Shown here: in pieces, positions 27,601 to 32,000 of the stretch
Layout: each line of letters begins with the position of its first letter
Position numbering within the stretch: position 1 is the stretch's first letter
Origin: Wolbachia endosymbiont of Cimex lectularius
GTDB taxonomy: Bacteria > Pseudomonadota > Alphaproteobacteria > Rickettsiales > Anaplasmataceae
Direction of reading: 5' to 3'
Assembly: GCF_000829315.1 (NCBI RefSeq)
Contig: NZ_AP013028.1
Coordinates: 360,001-392,000 of the forward strand
DNA length: 32,000 nucleotides
Position numbers and translations under genes: made by a program
Notes under the pieces: model-generated
The model's input: only the letters and a program-made list of their open reading frames with translations
Database searches by the model: none
What the model was told of the DNA's origin: nothing

Positions 27601-27629
27601 ATTATAAGGGTAACGGCGAAGGTTGTCAA
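27601..27629 (-). promoter_or_regulatory. Perfect-consensus sigma70 promoter of element A2 (TTGACA-17-TATAAT)
   Basis: The minus strand reads AACAAAAAAACTGT-TTGACA-accttcgccgttaccct-TATAAT. It is followed immediately by the inverted repeat AGACTGAAG-N11-CTTCAGTCT (27571..27599). Confidence 0.55.
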
Positions 27630-27858
27630 ACAGTTTTTTTGTTTCTGTTGGGTAGCTTTTTCTACTGTTGTTCGCTCGTTCCTTGTCCAGCGAGGATTGG
27701 AACACCTTGTGTTTGAGGCAAAACCCGCTATACACATTGTTTTTGGAACAAATATTCGTACGATTGTGTATGTAACGTTGAGATAACAGATACCGTAAAA
27801 TTTGACATTAACCGCTAATAGTTGGAATATTAGTAGAATAAGAATTACTCAAGAGAGC

Positions 27859-29811
27859 ATGCATAAATATGATGTAGTGGTAGTAGGTGGCGGTCATGCC
27901 GGGTGTGAAGCAGCTACAGCTACAGCTCGCCTTGGTGCAAGCACACTACTTATAACCCATAAAATTTCAACTATAGGAGAAATGTCCTGCAATCCAGCAA
28001 TTGGGGGAGTTGCAAAAGGTGTTGTAGTCAGAGAAGTTGATGCTCTTGATGGAATAATGGGAAGGGCAGTCGATCAAGCCAGTATACACTCAGTCATTCT
28101 AAATAGCAGCAGAGGCGCAGCAGTGTGGGGACCGCGCGCACAGGCAGATCGAAAATTATACAAGCGAGCAATACAGGAAATTATTCTAAACTATAGTAAT
28201 TTAGCGGTAAAAGAAGAGTCAGTTGACGATTTCCTTATCGAAAGTAATAGCAACGGAAAACCGTGCATTAAAGCTGTAATAACAAGCTCAGGGGAACATA
28301 TATTAACAGGCAAAGTCGTTCTAACTACAGGAACTTTTCTGTGTGGTGTGGTTTATATAGGAGAACAAACAACCCCTTCAGGAAGAATGGGAGATAAGTC
28401 CGCAGTAGGGCTTGCAAATACGCTGAAGAAATACGATTTTAAACTAGGTAGATTGCGCACTGGAACTCCACCGAGACTCGATCGTGGCACTATCAATTGG
28501 CCAGTATTGCAAGAGCAAGTGGGCGACAATCCACCTGCACCGTTTTCTTATCTCACAGAGAAAATTAATCAACCTCAGGTTTCATGTTTCATTACTCATA
28601 CTAATGAAAATACACATAGAATAATTCGAGAGAACCTCCACAGGTCAGCTTCTTCATATTTAGATGATGTTGTTGCACCAAGATACTGCCCGTCTATTGA
28701 AGCTAAAGTTAAAAAATTTATAGAAAAAAATAGTCATCAAATATTCCTAGAACCAGAAGGGCTCGATGATGATACTATATACCCAAATGGAATTTCAAAC
28801 TCATTGCCCATCGAAGTGCAGTGTGAAATGATAAATAGCATCAAGGGGCTTGAAAACGCAGAAATATTAAGACCTGGATATGCGGTTGAGTATGACTATA
28901 TTGATCCACGAGAGCTATTTTATACCCTCGAAACTAAGAAAATTAAAGGTCTATATTTCGCAGGCCAAATTAATGGTACCACTGGATATGAAGAAGCGGC
29001 AGGGCAAGGGATTATTGCCGGAATCAATGCAGCACTCTCTGCATCTGGAAAAAAAGAAAGCTTTGTTCTTCACCGCACAGATTCATATATCGGTGTAATG
29101 ATAGATGATTTGGTCACTAAAGGAGTAACCGAGCCTTATAGATTATTCACCTCACGTGCAGAATATAGGCTAGCAATCAGGTCAGATAATGCGGATAGGA
29201 GGCTCACACAAAAAGGTTATGACATTTCCCTTGTGTCATATGAGAGGTACTCTGTTTTACAGAATAAACTTAAATCCATTAAACAGCTTGAGGAGAAGTT
29301 GGAGAGCCTGAAAATTACTCCTGAGCAGCTCAGGTTCTATGGTATTAAAATATCTTATGATGGCATAAGAAAAACGGCACTAGATCTACTTAGCTATCCC
29401 AATATCGATTGGAACAAATTACAAGAAATATGGCCGGAGTTAAACAGCGTCACACGCTGGAATGACACTAGAATGGATGCAGCTAATACTGGATCCTCTC
29501 CTGTTATCCCAGTGCTTGACACTGGGATCCAGGAAATAATCGAAATCGAAGCAAAATACAAGCCTTACCTAGTAAGACAAGAAGCAGATATGAAGTTTCT
29601 ACGAGAGGAGATTAACACTCAAATTCCAATCAATTTCAACTATTCACAAGTTAAAGGATTGTCAAGTGAGGTAATAGAAAAGTTGCAGACGATAAAGCCA
29701 GCAACGATCGGCGTTGCAAAACAAATACAAGGCATCACTCCAGCAGCGATAGTAAGCATATTGGTGTATTTGAGAAATGGGAAGATAAAAGTAACTGCTA
29801 ATTCTGCGTGA
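27859..29811 (+). CDS. mnmG: tRNA uridine 5-carboxymethylaminomethyl modification enzyme MnmG (GidA)
   Basis: [22 protein letters not shown]-binding N-terminus, GPRYCPSIE-type motif ([11 protein letters not shown]) and [18 protein letters not shown]. The tracked ORF starts at TTG 27802; ATG 27859 fits the family N-terminus. Confidence 0.95.
   Translation: MHKYDVVVVGGGHAGCEAATATARLGASTLLITHKISTIGEMSCNPAIGGVAKGVVVREVDALDGIMGRAVDQASIHSVILNSSRGAAVWGPRAQADRKLYKRAIQEIILNYSNLAVKEESVDDFLIESNSNGKPCIKAVITSSGEHILTGKVVLTTGTFLCGVVYIGEQTTPSGRMGDKSAVGLANTLKKYDFKLGRLRTGTPPRLDRGTINWPVLQEQVGDNPPAPFSYLTEKINQPQVSCFITHTNENTHRIIRENLHRSASSYLDDVVAPRYCPSIEAKVKKFIEKNSHQIFLEPEGLDDDTIYPNGISNSLPIEVQCEMINSIKGLENAEILRPGYAVEYDYIDPRELFYTLETKKIKGLYFAGQINGTTGYEEAAGQGIIAGINAALSASGKKESFVLHRTDSYIGVMIDDLVTKGVTEPYRLFTSRAEYRLAIRSDNADRRLTQKGYDISLVSYERYSVLQNKLKSIKQLEEKLESLKITPEQLRFYGIKISYDGIRKTALDLLSYPNIDWNKLQEIWPELNSVTRWNDTRMDAANTGSSPVIPVLDTGIQEIIEIEAKYKPYLVRQEADMKFLREEINTQIPINFNYSQVKGLSSEVIEKLQTIKPATIGVAKQIQGITPAAIVSILVYLRNGKIKVTANSA
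29445..29532. repeat. Palindromic-element insertion in mnmG (right-type half followed by left-type half), in frame
   Basis: CAGCGTCACACGCTGGAATGACAC ... GTTATCCCAGTGCTTGACACTGGGATCCAG, translated [29 protein letters not shown]. Confidence 0.85.
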
Positions 29812-29820
29812 GGTAATCTT

Positions 29821-31488
29821 ATGTCCAAAATCGAAGAGTTTCGCTTTTTTATACATGAAATAAATGTTGATGCGTTTATGTTGCATACCAAAGACGAATA
29901 TTTAAATGAGTATTCAGAGGAGCTAACAAAGCTGTGTGGCTTTACAGGAACAAATGGGCTACTTATCGTTACAAAAGACAATAAGTGCCCATTTTTTACG
30001 GATGGACGCTATATCACACAAGCTCGCAATCAGCTCGATCAGGGTAGTTTTCAAGTATATAATATACAAGAAGAGGATCCATGCGAATGGGTAAAAGCAA
30101 ACTTAACATTGACCACCTCACTAGGTTACTATTTGCAATATTTTACCGTAAAAGAGATAAGAAAATATGAAGATATTTATAAATTGGTACCCTATTCAAT
30201 TAAAAAAGAAATTAGTCGTAGAGAACAAACGATAGTTTCGCATACATCCGGTAAAAGTAGTAAGAATAAATGTGAAAAAGTCGCTAAAAGCATAGATAAA
30301 GAAGCTGAGGCAGTGCTTTTGACTGATCCAAATTCAATTTCATGGTTATTAAATTTAAGAAATGAAAATGCTAAATATACTCCATGTATACTAGGCCGCG
30401 CTGTATTATATAAAAGCGGCAATGTTGATTTGTTTGTTCAAGACAAAGAACATTCAACTATAGAAGCAAATTTAGATAACCATATAAACGTTTTTGATGT
30501 CAGTGAACTGGAAAGTTCGCTGTGCAAGCTAAATTCAATAATGATAGATCCAAGCACAACTCCAATGAGTATTATGACTGTAATACAAAATAAGCAGGTA
30601 GTTGAAAGAGAGGATCCTTGCTTGATTCATAAAGCAGTAAAAAATCAAATTGAAATAACTGGGGCTATAAACGCACACATTCGAGATGGAGTAGCAGTTA
30701 CAAATTTTCTATGTTGGCTTGAAAATAATATTGGCAATGAAGTCACTGAACTTAATGCTGAAGAGAAGCTCTTAGAATACAGAAAAGAGCAGGATTTGTT
30801 TAAACAACCAAGTTTTCCAACAATTTCTGCATTTAATGAAAATGGAGCAATCATTCATTACCGTGCAAGCAGTAAAACGAATAAAGCAATTCAGAAAGAT
30901 GGACTGTACTTAATTGATTCTGGTGGTCAATATCTTGACGGCACAACCGATGTTACAAGAACTGTAGCAATTGGCAATCCAACCAGTGAACAGATAGCCC
31001 ACTATACGATAGTACTCAAAGCTCACATTGCTGTGGCAAATGCCGTCTTTCCTCTTGGCACTACTGGTGGCGAATTGGATATCTTGGCACGTATTCACCT
31101 ATGGAAATTTGGAATAGATTACATGCACGGTACAGGACATGGAGTGGGAAGCTATCTATCAGTACACGAAGGACCACAGGCAATATCAAAAGGAAATAAA
31201 GTGAAACTTATGCCAGGGATGATACTCTCCAACGAACCTGGTTATTACATTCCAGGAGAGTATGGAATAAGAATTGAAAACCTGATGTATGTTGAAAGGC
31301 AAGAAAACGGCTTCTTAAACTTTAAACAATTGACCTCTATTCCATATGATAGAAGGCTAATAGATGTGCAAATGCTTGCCCAAGATGAAATTAAGTGGAT
31401 AAATAGCTACCATCAATTTGTCTATGAAAACTTAGAAAATAGTGTCAAAGATAAGAAGTGGTTAAAGGGAGTATGCAGTTCCTTATGA
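29821..31488 (+). CDS. pepP: Xaa-Pro aminopeptidase (M24B, aminopeptidase P type)
   Basis: YLIDSGGQYLDGTTDVTRT, HGTGHGVGSYLSVHEGP and SNEPGYY...GIRIEN metal-ligand motifs. It starts 9 nt after the mnmG stop. Confidence 0.92.
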   Translation: MSKIEEFRFFIHEINVDAFMLHTKDEYLNEYSEELTKLCGFTGTNGLLIVTKDNKCPFFTDGRYITQARNQLDQGSFQVYNIQEEDPCEWVKANLTLTTSLGYYLQYFTVKEIRKYEDIYKLVPYSIKKEISRREQTIVSHTSGKSSKNKCEKVAKSIDKEAEAVLLTDPNSISWLLNLRNENAKYTPCILGRAVLYKSGNVDLFVQDKEHSTIEANLDNHINVFDVSELESSLCKLNSIMIDPSTTPMSIMTVIQNKQVVEREDPCLIHKAVKNQIEITGAINAHIRDGVAVTNFLCWLENNIGNEVTELNAEEKLLEYRKEQDLFKQPSFPTISAFNENGAIIHYRASSKTNKAIQKDGLYLIDSGGQYLDGTTDVTRTVAIGNPTSEQIAHYTIVLKAHIAVANAVFPLGTTGGELDILARIHLWKFGIDYMHGTGHGVGSYLSVHEGPQAISKGNKVKLMPGMILSNEPGYYIPGEYGIRIENLMYVERQENGFLNFKQLTSIPYDRRLIDVQMLAQDEIKWINSYHQFVYENLENSVKDKKWLKGVCSSL

Positions 31489-31610
31489 GCGAAAGAGCAG
31501 CCTTTTCATTGTTTAACAAAGTATTAATGTAGCTGCGATGGGCATTTTGTATTGTTTTTAATTTGAGAACGATGTATAATAGAAAATACGTATTTTAAGT
31601 AGGTGTAATT

Positions 31611-31982
31611 ATGACAGATAAAGCGCAAGGCGATGAATTTATGAAGCAGTATATGGATACTTGCAAAGAGCAAATAGAAAAATTAGCCAAGGATCCTGAA
31701 TTGCTTAATCAGACCTTAAAGCCATTCATGCAAATGTCTCAGCAGCTTATGGCTGGTGGTATGTTAGACGGAGCTATGCCTGACATGATACCTAGTTTAG
31801 GTAATATGGATATTAACAAGATGATTACTCAGATGAAGGAGATGATTGACTACATAAAGGGTAATTATAAGGAGCTCATGAAAAAGGATAACTCGCAGAT
31901 TCAAGAACTTGATGAATCCAGTAGAAAACTGAGAGGTTTGGTCAAGAAATTGATAGAAAAGATCGAAAGTAGCAATAGCTGA
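31611..31982 (+). CDS. Hypothetical Met-rich helical protein (123 aa)
   Basis: ATG-initiated ORF preceded by GTAGGTG. It has many Met residues in MxxM-like spacing (FMQMSQQLMAGGMLDGAMPDMIPSLGNMDINKMITQMKEM) and a coiled-coil-like C-terminus. Confidence 0.5.
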   Translation: MTDKAQGDEFMKQYMDTCKEQIEKLAKDPELLNQTLKPFMQMSQQLMAGGMLDGAMPDMIPSLGNMDINKMITQMKEMIDYIKGNYKELMKKDNSQIQELDESSRKLRGLVKKLIEKIESSNS

Positions 31983-32000
31983 AGTTGTCAGTAGCGTAGC

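Larger units (their letters stand above)
27344..27651 (-). repeat. Promoter-plus-mini-ORF element, copy A2
   Basis: Reverse complement is collinear with A1 over its whole length. Confidence 0.75.

Noticed and set aside
27520-27786. ORFs 27520..27735 (-), 27543..27737 (-) and 27553..27786 (+) as real genes upstream of mnmG
   Set aside because: They run across the element A2 promoter and the repeat boundary. They are not preserved in the homologous A1 and A3 copies and have no recognisable motifs.

Overview
AT-rich chromosomal window whose 16S rRNA and gene content read as a Wolbachia-type genome (Anaplasmataceae, Rickettsiales). This assignment comes from my own recognition of the 16S sequence and the proteins; no search was run. 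The backbone is ordinary housekeeping. It holds a stand-alone 16S rRNA gene followed directly by sdhC-sdhD, plus carB, an AddB-like nuclease, purL with a PurS-like N-terminus, rnc, pyrD, pccB, tRNA-Thr(GGU), mutM, pdxH, mnmG and pepP. The accessory layer has four parts. (1) Two directly oriented, near-identical IS5-family copies (1..777 and 9987..10847) bracket the 16S/sdhCD/carB block. Copy 1 looks intact as far as the window shows; copy 2 carries a nonsense codon and a 1-nt homopolymer frameshift. (2) A family of GTCATCCCAGTG...CACTGGGATGAC-type hairpin elements occurs as two full-length ~135-140 bp MITE-like copies in intergenic DNA. Short versions sit in-frame inside purL (three sites), the AddB-like gene and mnmG without breaking the ORFs. 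(3) The most novel-looking signal is a ~310 bp element present in three full copies, one tandem partial copy and one relic. Each full copy has an A-tract plus TTGACA-17 nt-TATAAT/TATCAT promoter, followed about 40 nt later by a 35-38 codon basic-then-hydrophobic mini-ORF. One copy is intact, one has an in-frame stop and one has ATG->ACG. A conserved ~55 nt module forms the 3' end. (4) The remaining items are a decayed manC-like gene, an Rpn/YhgA-family PD-(D/E)XK nuclease gene, a 414-aa orphan with a central hydrophobic hairpin, and a Gly/Ala-rich membrane ORF with a stop at codon 3 of its best-supported start. I saw no CRISPR array, prophage module or recognisable multi-gene defence or secretion locus. 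All functional calls rest on motifs visible in the translations and have not been checked against any database.
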